Shown here piece by piece: positions 1 through 12,150 of a stretch of DNA of 64,000 nucleotides. How positions within the stretch are numbered: position 1 is the first letter of the stretch; the number at the start of each line of letters is the position of its first letter. The stretch is from Perna viridis. Taxonomy: Eukaryota. Under the pieces are notes generated by a model that was given only the letters and a program-made list of their open reading frames with translations, made no database searches and was not told the origin of the DNA. Made by a program: the position numbers and the translations under genes. The stretch spans positions 46,893,597-46,957,596 of the forward strand of contig CM074512.1 in assembly GCA_037379345.1 (NCBI GenBank), in the 5' to 3' direction.

Positions 1-19
1 TTATTTGTGATCTTGCATT

Positions 20-222
20 TTCATGGCGTTTATCCACTCCCTCTACCTTACATATCAATTACATTGAGCATATTGAACAAGAATGTAATTTCAATTTCAA
101 GTACCTTAAAGTAACCCAGAATATGACTCATTTTTCAATTGTTTGAATAACATTAATCTTTAATTGTATAAATTCGATAAATGAGAGAGAAAATGACATA
201 ATTCTGATTGTATTAGTATTTA
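20..222. repeat. Diverged copy of the DNPH1 upstream region (5290-5480)
   Basis: Shared blocks TAATTTCAATTT..ACCTTAAA, TATGACTCAT, CATTAATCTTT.ATTGTA.AAATTC.ATAAATG.GAGAGAAAAT. Confidence 0.75.
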
Positions 223-1287
223 TTAGCAGACAAGTATTATCCTTTTTCCGTTAATGTCACATAATCTCTTTACCTGAATGAGCAACATTTTTATATGGCA
301 GCAATATAACTTATATGTTTTATGTATTTAAACTGTGTTAGGAAAGTACTTTACAAAGGTTATTTTCAGAAACAGTGGTACTGTGTTGTTACAAGGTACT
401 GAAGATGACGGTCCTCGATATTTGGTCTGATCCACTATTGTTCAACTTTTGAATATATATTTGCTTACATATTAACTAATTTCTTATTACTTATACATGA
501 TTAGTATTATTTTTGTATTTTTGAACGAATTTCTTTCCCAAATATTTGGATTGACATAGAATTATTCTTTATTTCACTGACTGAGGCTCCGGTTAAGAGA
601 TAACAACAATTACATCATCCAATTTTCATCAGTTGTCGCATTAGAACTTTATATGTCCGGTTTGCCATTATGATGCATGCAACTCACACCGTCCCCTTTA
701 TGGTTTTTATACGAGTGCAGAGTTTTTTTTTATTATTTAGACAATTATGTCTTGCTTTTACCCAGTTTATTTTAGATGATTTGTCCTTGGTGTAAATAGA
801 ACTTTGGTAAACTTGACACTTTTCTTTACTGAACTAATTTCAAAGTCCAAAATGGGTTCAGTTTAGACGGGTTTCACTGCAAATTTCTGTGTTACATAAC
901 TAAAATCTACCACTGCCCATGCCTTTGCTTATTGAGCATAAAATCTGCTTGCAATTTGTCTACACATATATGTGCGCATATGTGCATGTGTTAGTCCCGT
1001 AAATATTTGTCAGCTTTAAAACCCTTTATGGGAATTATTCGAAATTCAGTATGGAGTTCAGCATTATATGCTGTTGTATTGTTGTACCATAAGAATGGCT
1101 ACCATCGTACTTATCCATCAACTTCCTGTTTATCAGAGTGATAACTTATACTTTATACGTTTCAATGCTTGTGATATGACCTTGTTATTTTTTATCTAGT
1201 TTTCAGTCTTCTTATGAAGGGAATAATGGAATTAGTACATAAATCATTATTGTACAGTTTTATTGCTATATGTACTACATATGGATG

Positions 1288-1397
1288 TTATAAAGATGCA
1301 AAGAATGATTTTAAAATGGCTTTGTATTCCTGTCCTTCATAATGTTTCGCAACACTATTTTCTCCTTGAACAAGTCCATCAATCATACATGACAAAG
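1288..1397 (-). CDS. DNPH1: DNPH1-like exon 4 (terminal)
   Basis: ACTTTCAG| then TLSCMIDG...HYEGQEYKAILKSFFASL*, which resembles human VLSAMIRG...DYEEGEVEALLDRYF. Confidence 0.88.
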
Positions 1398-4300
1398 CTG
1401 AAAGTAAAATTGACAAAGGTTTCATAATAATAATAAATATACATTCTTCTGATGACACAAGTCAATGTTGTTCAAATCAACATTACTCAAAAGGTAAACA
1501 ATTTTATTTAACTATGGAATGTAGACCTCAACCATTTTATTGTCTAATAGTTGATATTAGTAACCGATTGATTTCACGATCACATCAATATTTACACAAT
1601 CTAATTAAAATCAAATGATTTTTTCAGAATCCTGGCACTTTTCCTTTGAATGCTTTCACAAACGTGTAAGCTGAAATATGATTGGCTGATAAGGAAGGTG
1701 ATCCGAACAGAAAGTATAATCATGCGTTACTAGATAGATTCATATCAAGATGTGTACCAGATCTGGGTCTGAAAGTGAAAGACATAAGTGGAATGGATTT
1801 GTTTTACATTGATCATGTGCCAAAGCATATTCTACCGAGGTGCTTACCCGCTGACCTACGCATAATTAGTAAGGAAAATCGAATCTTTGAATATTTAATT
1901 AAAAAAGAAACCTTTCCCAAAATATCCTTGATTTGCCTCAAAGTACGCCTATTTCTCCTCTACGTAACTCAATAGTCAGACTTGTCAGATTATATTTATC
2001 AGATTTATCAGTCTGCAGTATTACAAATTTCGGCATTCCAATGTGAACACGTTGTGCTCCTCTGCTTGCTGAACTATTTCTTCACTCGTATGAGGCTGAC
2101 TTGATCCGAAAGAAAGAATATCGTTTAGCTAGATCCTTTAATCTCAATTTCCGCTATATAGATGATGTATTATCTTTAAATAATCCTAATTTGGGGCATT
2201 TGATACATCGCAGCTACCCCCGAAGAACTTGAGATAAAGGATACTACAGACACTGTGAAGTCAACCTCATATCTTGACCTACACTTAGAAATCGATGGTA
2301 AAGGAAAACTATTGACCAAACTTTACGACAAACGTGATGACTTTTCTTTCAGAATTGTCAACTTTCCTTTCATTTGTGGCAACATCCCTTCAGCACCTGC
2401 GAATGGAGTGTTCATATCACAACTCATACATTATGCCAGAGCTTGCCGAAACCACGCAGACTTTGTATCGCACTAGTATTCTGACAAATAGGCCTTTGGA
2501 ACAGGGTTATGTTGCTACAAGATTGAAGTCATCACTACAGAAGTTTTATGGTCGTCATCATGAATTCGTGGATTGTTATGGTGTATCCATCTGCGCCATG
2601 AAAACTGATTTGTTCAACGTGTCATAGTTTTCCCTTCCTCTTTCATCTACCCCGGACTTGACTTTTTATGAGCAACTCGGCGGGTGTTTCTAGAAAAGCA
2701 GAGGACGCTTGCCCTACCGATGCACTTGGTCCATGCTCCCAGTTTTTAGTGGAGTCCGAGTTGCTCATTTGCTTTTGTTACTTTGTATGTATGATTTTAG
2801 TTACTTTATGTTCTTTGTTGTGTATGTCTGTTTTCCATGTCTGGTCTTTGTCCCTGGATTACTGTCGTTTAATTACCGCTATAACCTTGGTTCCCTTAAT
2901 TACTCTTTCAAAACACATAAAACACTGAGGCTTCATTCCTTGTATCGCATATGGTAGAAACTCTCGGTGATGGATTGGGCTTCTTATTTCGATAGAGTTG
3001 GTTTTGAGCACTTCTTTCATACAACTAAGTTTTGAATTATATGATTTTCCCACACATTTGGTTCTAATGCTGTTGATGAGAAGTTGGCATTGAAACACTT
3101 GTACAGCATATTGAAATATTTACAATATATATAGATTGGTATTTTTTTGTATTTCATTAATAAACATTTCTAAATTCAAAACACTCACTTCTACCTGAGC
3201 TAGGTCTGAAAAGACAGAGTATTTTCTTATTCATTGAGGCAGCCCTACCAATTTCATATCCCACGCCTAGTGATGGTTGAGTTACTTCAGCAATCAACAC
3301 TGAAATTACGAAAAACAAGAAGATGGTTAAGTCCAATCACGGGACTCTCTATAAACAATGATTACAATGAAATAATAAAAAATTATACGAGATAAGACCG
3401 ATCAATGAGATAATTTAGGGTACCGAAGATGCAAAACATTGTAATATGAAAATGCATAATTTCAGCTTCAGGGGCGTATTTATAGAAGATAAAATCATGT
3501 TATTTAACAAGATAATTTTATTTTTTACACCACCATTATAATTTACATTTGAGACACGCATACACGAGGCGAAAGTAGTGCATTAACTGTCTATCTAATA
3601 TTTTAAGATCACATTTAAGAAAAACAGAGCAAAATCAATTCCAGCTTAAACCAATGAGTATAGAAACTTTACTGCGATGTATTAATTATTTTTCATGTGT
3701 ATAAATAATACAAATAAATGAATATTAAACATTAATAAAATTTTACGAGTGTTTTGAAAGATAGCATTTCTTACCATCACATGTCTTTAGGTTCTGTAAA
3801 CAGTAATCATGTGACCATCTACTTCCTTGATTTATTTCATCTGAAAGTCAATAAGTATTATTGTACGGAGACTTGAAGATTGGAACATTCATTTCAATGT
3901 ACTCGAATTTCCCCACTTATGTGATTGTGCTCTTGAGTCGACTGTAGACATTCATGTGACCACTATAATATCTGCGTTTAGATACAGGAAATATGAATAT
4001 TATATCCCCACCGATCATAAAACTAGCATATCAGAACTTTCATCAATTTAGATAAATTCAGTTCATGTTTTATATAATGATCATACTGAAAATAATACAG
4101 CTATTCAAAGACCCCCTGAGGTCAATGCTTTCAAATTTCGTGACTGTTGGAAAATTATTGTCATTAAAGAGGACCAAATCATAGTTGAATCATAGTAAAT
4201 CCACGCTATTAGAATAGTTCAAAAATTCACAGTTGACCAAATATACCACTCACGTTGTTTTGAAATAGGCACGATACATGATTGATTCGAAGGTTGTATG

Positions 4301-4461
4301 AAAACAACATTACAGTAGTAACTACCTTGAGCTGCTGATTTAGAACCAACAAACTCCGTGAGAACTTGACCATAATTGGTTTTTAATTCCTCTATTATTT
4401 CAGCATACAGATCAGCGTCATTTCGTCCACCATGTATACTCCCACAGAAGTATATCTTCAT
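1288..4461 (-). CDS. DNPH1: DNPH1/Rcl-like 2'-deoxynucleoside 5'-monophosphate N-hydrolase, 4 exons, 140 aa
   Basis: Exons 4461-4326, 3840-3775, 3299-3189 and 1397-1288, all GT-AG phase-1 introns, 423 nt in frame. Protein: MKIYFCGSIHGGRNDADLYAEIIEELKTNYGQVLTEFVGSKSAAQDEINQGSRWSHDYCLQNLKTCDVLIAEVTQPSLGVGYEIGRAASMNKKILCLFRPSSGRTLSCMIDGLVQGENSVAKHYEGQEYKAILKSFFASL*. It matches DNPH1 motifs YFCGSIxGG, AEVTQPSLGVGYE and LSxMI. Confidence 0.93.
2030..2909 (+). mobile_element. Naiad-type Penelope-like retroelement, 5'-truncated (RT C-terminal half and 3' tail), in DNPH1 intron 3
   Basis: GIPM*TRCAPLLAELFLHSYEAD, FRYIDDVLSLNN, ELEIKDTTDT..SYLDLHL, LYDKRDDFSF.IVNFPF, KFYGRHH; frameshifted; the ORF stops at 2627 with no C-terminal endonuclease. 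Confidence 0.88.
3189..3299 (-). CDS. DNPH1: DNPH1-like exon 3
   Basis: TTTCAG|...AGAA|GTGAGT, 111 nt, LIAEVTQPSLGVGYEIGRAASMNKKILCLFRPSSGR. Confidence 0.93.
3775..3840 (-). CDS. DNPH1: DNPH1-like exon 2
   Basis: TTTCAG|...GATG|GTAAG, 66 nt, DEINQGSRWSHDYCLQNLKTCD aligns to human GDRLIHEQDLEWLQQAD. Confidence 0.85.
4326..4461 (-). CDS. DNPH1: DNPH1-like exon 1
   Basis: MKIYFCGSIHGG...SAAQ, donor CAAG|GTAGTT; the track ORF 4219..4461 reads on into the intron. Confidence 0.92.
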
Positions 4462-7023
4462 CTTTCGACCAAGTACTTTTCTTTAATCTTAACAATAAGG
4501 ATATAAATCGATAAGGTACTTAGTCATGATAAGGAAATAATAGTGAAATACAGAATTCCACGGTTAAAGGTCTTAGATGAAACGTAGGAAAACAACGGAG
4601 TTATCAATATCCATTCAAAAGAAAACATAGTGGACCAGTTGTAAAGGTAGAGTAAGTGGTTTCTAATTTTTGTACGGTATTAATCAAACATATTATGCTA
4701 TATATTTGACATATGATATATAGCCCACAAAAAGAAGAAAACTAAGGACATACCAAATCGGTTGATAAATTTATATCCTCCTTGAAAATGAAACCTGACA
4801 ATCATTACTGGATACAAACACAAGGGCTTATTTATATTCATTGTTGCACTAATGTTTTACTGACGTTTTTCATCTGAAAATGATTAGTTTTTGGTTTCAG
4901 TTATCTATGTTGGTTTGAATTTCACCAAACCTTTACCAATCGTACAATTGAAAGAAATCTTATCAAAATATCAAAATCATAACATATTCATTCCTTAAGT
5001 ATAACATTTACATAAATTACACTTTACAAAGTTAAGACTTAACTTGCGGAATTAAGAAAATGAAATATATGTAACATATTGTTGACAAAAGTATTTAATT
5101 ATCTTCTATGATAAAATATATCTTGGAGGAAATTTCTCATGGGCGGCCTGAAAATGAGTCTAGAATAGACTGTTCAAAGATACACAATGCTATAATTTAC
5201 ACTTAACAAAGAATGAACGATACAAACGTATATAACGACTTTACCAGTTGTTATTTGTGGCATTGAATCTGTCTTTTTAGGGTGTTAATCCATTCCCCTA
5301 TTTTGCATATTAACGTCACTGAACATAGCGAACATGAATATAATTTCAATTTTAATACCTTAAAATTAGCACCGAATGTATGACTCATATTTCAGTCTTT
5401 TGAATATCATTAATCTTTTATTGTACAAATTCAATAAATGGGAGAGAAAATTATGTAATCTTTGCTATATTATAAGTTATTTACGTTTATATCCATAGAT
5501 ATGGAGATTTTTTACACCTGAAGTACTAAAGTACGGCCTGAGGCATTGGTCATACATTTTGTTTGATTTTTATGAAAAAATCATGCAAACTAATTAAACC
5601 ATTCAAGCAAGATATTAAAGGTCTGTATATATTAAATTGAAATTGAAATAAAAAAAAAAGTTTAGATGATATGTCATAGATGTCATAGACTAACAAATAT
5701 GGTCTATTGTGTAACATTTACATTGTACACCAAGAATGAACAAGTGAATTTATCTTTCCTTGATGAAAATTAACTGCTCTCTCTAAATAAGATATATGTC
5801 ATCTGCTTATTTTATCACTGCGTCATTTGGTTCATATGTAGTAGTTTGATATCTTTGCTTTTTCTCTTAATCCCTATTAACGCATGGACAATCTCAAATG
5901 TTGCAAATTATCTTTAACTCAGCTAACTTTTCAAACTATTAGTTTTTTTTATTGTTAATTTGTTGACGGGATAAAGGAGACGTTATTCAAAATCCCAAGA
6001 AGGACAACCGTCACACATCAGCTTTATTTCTCGTTATTCCAGGAATGTTAAAATAAATGCCGGTCATCAGGTGAACATACTGGCATTAATAAAGAGTGTA
6101 TTTTCTATGTTTCTGATAGGAATTTTATTTAAAAATGATCTCTTAAAAACAAGTATCACGTTATTTAGGTGGAAAACTGAAAATTCAACAGGACGACAAG
6201 TATTCCACTTGGCAAAACTTATAATGTATACTAAATCCAAGTAATAAATGCCTTTGTATCCTTATTTAAAATGTTAATAACTACTGCAACTGGGTTTCCA
6301 TGTTAACAAGTATGCATTAAAAATAAACATAATAGTGAAACATAACAAAATATCGAGAGCTGTAGTTTTCTGTGCCTTGTAAAAAACCAATAAAACCATT
6401 TTTGAAATGACCCTTAATGTAACTTTCGAAACAGGTTATCATTGGTTTATTGTAGATTCTCAGAAGCGAGAATTAACCAGCTAAGTTAAGAAAATCTCCA
6501 ATTAAAGGTCACTGGACAATAGTTTTTGTCAGATATCAGTTAAAGTTATCTCAAACGAGCATTTAAATTAAGATATCTTTTGAATACGACACTCGTGTGT
6601 CAAACGTAGGTGATTTCAATGAATCAATAATATGATATCGACGTCAAATGATAACGAAATGTGCCCCATTTTCGTTTCTTTTCTATGTTCCATTTCGCCG
6701 TATATTTCCATTTTTATAATCATATTTAATGTTTTATAATTGTCTTTTGTTCTTATAACGAATGTCTCTTACTTATTACACCCGTCACTATTTGTATCCA
6801 TCTATTGAAGTTTACAAAATATATTGATTTAAGACGATCATTGAAGAAATCCCTCTGTTTGTCTGTCAAGTGGACATGTATAAAGGAGTTAAATAATTTT
6901 GAAAAAAAAATATTCCTAGCAGAAAAATGTCGAAAAGTGTAAATAAACATCGTGTACGAAGTTACAACCCTAGATTAATCCTATGAGGAATGACCCGGTC
7001 AGGGAAAGCTATATTTTCAAATA

Positions 7024-7204
7024 GCCTAGCTGGCCGAGTGGTCTAGGACGCTGGACTTTGTGCAGGCGGTGTTGCCATAAATGTCATAGCGGTACGAGTT
7101 CGAGTCCCGCAGACGAAACGACCAAACAGTTGCTTCGCAAATTAGACAGTTCTAACGTCGTAGGGAATTTCAGACCCTAATATATATATATATATACATA
7201 TACA
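7024..7204 (+). mobile_element. tRNA-derived SINE
   Basis: A-box TGGCCGAGTGG (7031), B-box GAGTTCGAGTCCC (7096), tRNA-unrelated body, (TA)n tail. Confidence 0.75.
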
Positions 7205-8585
7205 CTTATCTGTTATTTGATAACATGTATTGCTTTTGGAATAAATTTATTGTTACCATACACACATTCGTACATTAACGCATTTCGACAATTGCAAATT
7301 ATCCAACATATCCAAAATGGGAGTAAAAATCATTTAAATGGAAATACGTTTGAGTCTCATATCAACTCTCCCTACAAATCACTTTTCCAAGATATTGCTT
7401 TAACTCTTCGATGTAAACTCATGAGGATTGTAGATTATGCTTCAAATATCTAACATATATAAGAAAAATTTGCAAAAATACATTTAAATATATTAAAGAT
7501 ATTATTTCAATATACCACAAGTAATTTGCACATCTGAACTTTTCTAGTTTTCCGTTTCTAAGATAAAAGTATTATCTTACCTGAAATTTTGAAATGACCG
7601 TCTTCTTTGCGTGTTTAAGTCGAGATTGGTATTAACATTGATTTTATTATCAATTGTAAATTACTGTCGCAACTAGAAACAGAAGCAAGAGGATCCTTGC
7701 CGTGAAAATAGTTCTATTCACTGTATAATGAACATTATTCAGGTATACAATTTCTTGGCATCTTCCTGTAAACGAAAGAATGATGCATTTTTAATAGAAA
7801 GAATTGGCTATTATAACCGAAGTCTTATTGATAGAGTAATTTTCTCTCATCCAACAATCATATTCACTGTGATAAAGTAATGCTCTTTCTTAGCATTCTG
7901 ATGTTAATATAAGTAAACATTGGTACATGTATATAACTACTCATCTTAGGAAAACAGGGATATAAATTGATTGACATCTCTTTTTACTTATTAACTGAAT
8001 ACTAAATATCAATTATTTCATTGGCACAATCTCGTTCACAATGAATGGGAATGTCCCATATCAATTATGTATAATATTGAGACAAGACAAAGTGAAAAAA
8101 TACTTTACAAATTATATCAATATTTTTTCTTTTTTAACTATAAAACAAAATGTCAAATAAATGCTGGTGTAATAAGAAATACAGAAGCATTTTTCTGTGG
8201 AAATAGTTGAAAATACAGATGTTACTATTCTAAATATATTCTTTCCATGACATAGGGAATGCTTCTTCGGAATGTATATCATGATGTTATGCATATAATT
8301 CTTGCGTTAATATTTCGAATAAAGCCGTTTAGTATTAATATTGACAAAATACCAGGTTGTATAAAAGCATTTGAATTTGATAAACTGGTTTAACCCACAT
8401 TTCATTTTGTAATGCATGTACCAAGTCGGAACCATTGCGGGGGGTTTCCAACTTTCCGGTTTTTACCCCCGTAAAACGATAACTTTCCTTTTGGTCATAA
8501 ATTTTGACTACTGCTTAGATTTCATTTTGTTATTACCCTTCATTATGCAAAACATGGTATATAATATTGATTTTACAACGAAACC

Positions 8586-8957
8586 TTAAGTGTCAGTCTC
8601 TGTAATAATAGGGCAGTGGGTGAAACATGGTATTAAAAAACCAGCATTTTGAATTTTTGATTTGACTATTTGCATCATCAGAATCAAGGAAAACTGACAA
8701 GATTCTCCATATTTTTTTGGTAAATTGAGTTGTAACTTCATTGAAATGCACTGAAAATGAACATTTCAAGGACAGACAACTATGTCGAAAACCACATTTA
8801 TCTAAATTTCTATTGAAAAATTTCTGAGCAAACCACGCGCATGTGATGCAGAGAGGAAATAATGGTTTTTTTACAAGTATAGTAGGCATCCTTGAGTGAA
8901 ATCGGTGGTGTTTGACATGTTCTCATTTTGCCTCATTCTTACAAAAACTTACACTTA
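8586..8957. mobile_element. MITE of a related TIR family, copy A
   Basis: TTAAGTGTCAGTCTCTG...TTTTGCCTCATTCTTACAAAAACTTACACTTA; colinear with 56215-56569. Confidence 0.7.
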
Positions 8958-10102
8958 CTGTTTACACCTTAAGTCTGAAAGTGGTTCGATTAAATCAGGT
9001 TAACTATACTTTAAAACCGAGAGGACTTAATACATAAGTATCATTAACCCGTTCAACATATCTATTTGCAACATTTTGAAGATAAAGGTACAATGAATAA
9101 GTCGTTTAAATACCAAGTGCAGTGGAAACACAACAGAAATTTTGGAATAATTCAAAAATACCCGGTAGTCTACTCCTGTAATTATATAGTTAAAATGCGC
9201 TATATATAGACAGCCTTAAAAAATCAATTGTCATCATCAATGAATTGTAACCCAAGAAATTTTGTATACTCAAATGAAAACGTATTTTAGACTAAAAAGA
9301 CCAACTTTCTTCGAATTCAAACCTCAGAAATGGGATGACTGTGACTTCCGTAAGCGGAGTAAACCACCATGAAAATCGTACAATGTATAGGGGTCGTCGA
9401 CGTTTGATTTATTTGATATTCTTTATATAAGTTTGACTTATCGTATTTAATCATTAGAACTGCCACACCAAAATATGAACGTATTTATATAGCAAAAAGA
9501 GCATTGTTAGTCAAATTTACCATAAGATAAACTGTAATCACATACATTAAACATATTTAAATTCCTACCTGTTTGCTTTGCCAGTCAGTAGTTATCGCCC
9601 TTTGTCTTTACTTTACACATTAAGAAGAAGAAAATATTTCTTCTTATTTCTGCTTACCATTGATCTTATAATATATTTTCTTATTCATCTGTTTCATCTA
9701 TCCAAAGTGCAAAATGTATAAATGATATCATTATTTGATAGTGAAACTATTTCCTTTGAGGTTATTCAATTAGCTTAGAGGTATTATTTTACAATGAAAG
9801 TTTGTGTTTGATTTGCCCTGAAAGTCAAACATGTAATTGAAATTAAGTTGTTATCATAACAATATCAGATATTGATTTGCATAGTTATTCAAACTATTAA
9901 CAAACATGTGATCCAAGAGAACAACACATGGCATTGCATAAACCTTGATATCATATAAAGTAAAATTGTACTTTTCACTTATTCAAAACAAAGAAAAATA
10001 TCTGAATCAAGATTTAAAACATACGCTACGCAAGAAAGTAAAGCTACAATTAAAAAACGAATATTTTAAACAAATAACATAATGAATAAATATATATATA
10101 TA

Positions 10103-10325
10103 GTCACAAAAACCAGACATGGAAAACAGACATACACATCAAAGTACATAAAAAAAACTAAAATAATACATACAAAGTAATAAAACTAAATGAGCACCTC
10201 GGACTCCACTAAAAAGTGGGAGCATGGACTAGGTGCACCGGTAGGGTAAACGTCATCTGCTTTTCTAGAAACATCCGCCAAGATGCTCCTAAAAAGTCAT
10301 GTCCGTGGTTGACGAAAGAGGAAAG
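10103..10325 (-). repeat. Naiad 3' tail copy
   Basis: Reverse complement of 2630-2850. Confidence 0.8.
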
Positions 10326-10969
10326 AATAAAATATGTTTATCACCAACACGTTTTCTATATACACGGGTTAAAGGTTAAAGCCAAAATGATATCAAGCTT
10401 TTTCATCATGGACACGTGATTTATTGATTGTTTACATTTCTCTGAAATTAACTGTTAAACTGTTAAATAAACCAATTGTGTTTTGTATATATTTCTACTG
10501 CTGTTAAAAGAATGTAAAATGAAAGCAAAAGAAAGCTCGCTATATTTAGTCCAGATGTTTTACATTTATTTCCATTCCACTAAAACTAAAGACGCGAAAA
10601 ATAAAGACCGACAAAAGTTTGATATCCCTACCATTATAGTAAATCGAAAAAACTCACAAAATATAAATTTCTTTGTTCTTTGTTTAAAATTAACTATGAT
10701 AATACAATGATTTTAACTAATTTTTTGTACATATTTGTATTCAAGGGAAGCAAACTGTACCAGTATTTCAAAAAGCGGTTCTCTCGCCAGGTGCTTGCGG
10801 ACTTTTCCGCTTTACATATATCACTAGTTAATCTACGATACGTGATCATCAAGCCATTTATTTGTATAAAAAGTTTGTTTATACATATAAAACATTATAT
10901 CATGTTATTTGCTTTTTGATTTGATCTGTGTTAAGACCATCTATTCCAGTACAAAAATTCTGACTATTT

Positions 10970-12150
10970 GAAAATTATCAAACCATGTTCCATCACTTTC
11001 AATGATATATTTGACTACAACGATGACGAACCCCATTGTACTATATCAAAATGAGGTATTAAAAATTGCAAACATGCAACATTCTTATAACCGACTCTTA
11101 CTTCTCTAGTACCCTTACAAACAAACCCTTCCATACAAGAAGTCACGATGACTTAAGTTGCAAATCAACGAACTTAATACATGGATTAGAATGCAACTTA
11201 TGCGGTTTAATATAGGTCGGTGAAACACAAGAACGATTAAACAAAAGAATGTGCTTTCGGGAATAAATACCACCAAATTCCCGATAGTTTATCAACATTT
11301 TAATCAACAAGATCATTCAATCCTCTCTATAAAAGTTCGTATTTTAGAAAAAAATTACCATCCTACGAACAGCCCCGTTCTAAGTAAAAACTATCGTGGG
11401 GAAAGACAGGAGTACTGGATACGCAGACTAGGTACTGCAATACCTTATGGATGCAATCACAACATCAAAAGTATAGAAAACCTTTCAAGCCAATATAACA
11501 AAAGCTTAAATGTGATGAATTTATTTGACAAAGCTCCAAGACGGGAAAGGAGTCATGGCCATCGCCACTATACGTCACCTAAGTTACATGATGTCTCCAT
11601 AGATGGTCTCCTTCCTTTCATACTAAAACCTCTTGGACTTCATCACATTATAACAAAACTCTATTCTACACCTTTCACTCTACTACACTCCCTTTACAAT
11701 ACACGTCTTGACACTCCTGTTTCTGACCCCACCTCAACATTGTACAGACTTGTTGCCATCATTTTGGATATTGGTTTCCACAGACTCTTTAAACCAGTTT
11801 GTGTGAAAAGTCTAGATGAAGAAAAACGATCATTTCTTCCACTACCGTTTGTCAACAAAGTTATAGATGCAATTAATTTGGCTAAAATCCTCCATCACAA
11901 AAACGTTACCAACAAAATTCCCCCATATTTCAAAGACAAATACATACCAATTATTTCATATTCATCTAGTCCATGCTCCCAGTTTTTAGTGGAGTCCGAG
12001 TTGCTCATTTGCTTTTGTTACTTTGTATGTATGATGTTTTGTTATTCAATGTTCTTTGTTGTGTGAGTCTGTTTTCCATGTCTGGTCTTTGTCACTGGAT
12101 TACATTCTTTTGATTACCGCTCTAACCTTGGTTCCCTTGATTACTCTTTC
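10970..12150 (+). mobile_element. Internally deleted Naiad-type element: N-terminal GIY-YIG endonuclease and linker joined directly to the 3' tail
   Basis: K*GIKNCK(T)C...LSCKSTNLIHGLECNLCGLI*VGETQERLNKRM...VYQHFNQQDH...EYWIRRLGTAIPYGCN...PIISYS, then an abrupt switch at ~11965 to the tail seen at 2725-2909. Confidence 0.85.

Noticed and set aside
2628-2909. SECIS element in the Naiad tail
   Set aside because: ATGA starts a Watson-Crick stem rather than a GA quartet, and there is no correctly spaced apical AA.
2668-2957. Repeated hydrophobic small ORFs (also 12748, 16720, 26615, 26629, 62085) resembling a membrane-peptide family
   Set aside because: They are translations of the T-rich non-coding Naiad tail in different frames.
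7024-7110. tRNA gene
   Set aside because: A and B boxes are present, but there is no cloverleaf or acceptor stem and it runs into a SINE body and (TA)n tail.
7581-7766. Minus-strand segment with good AG/GTAAG boundaries
   Set aside because: All three frames contain stops and no homology was recognised; it could be a non-coding exon, but I cannot support that.
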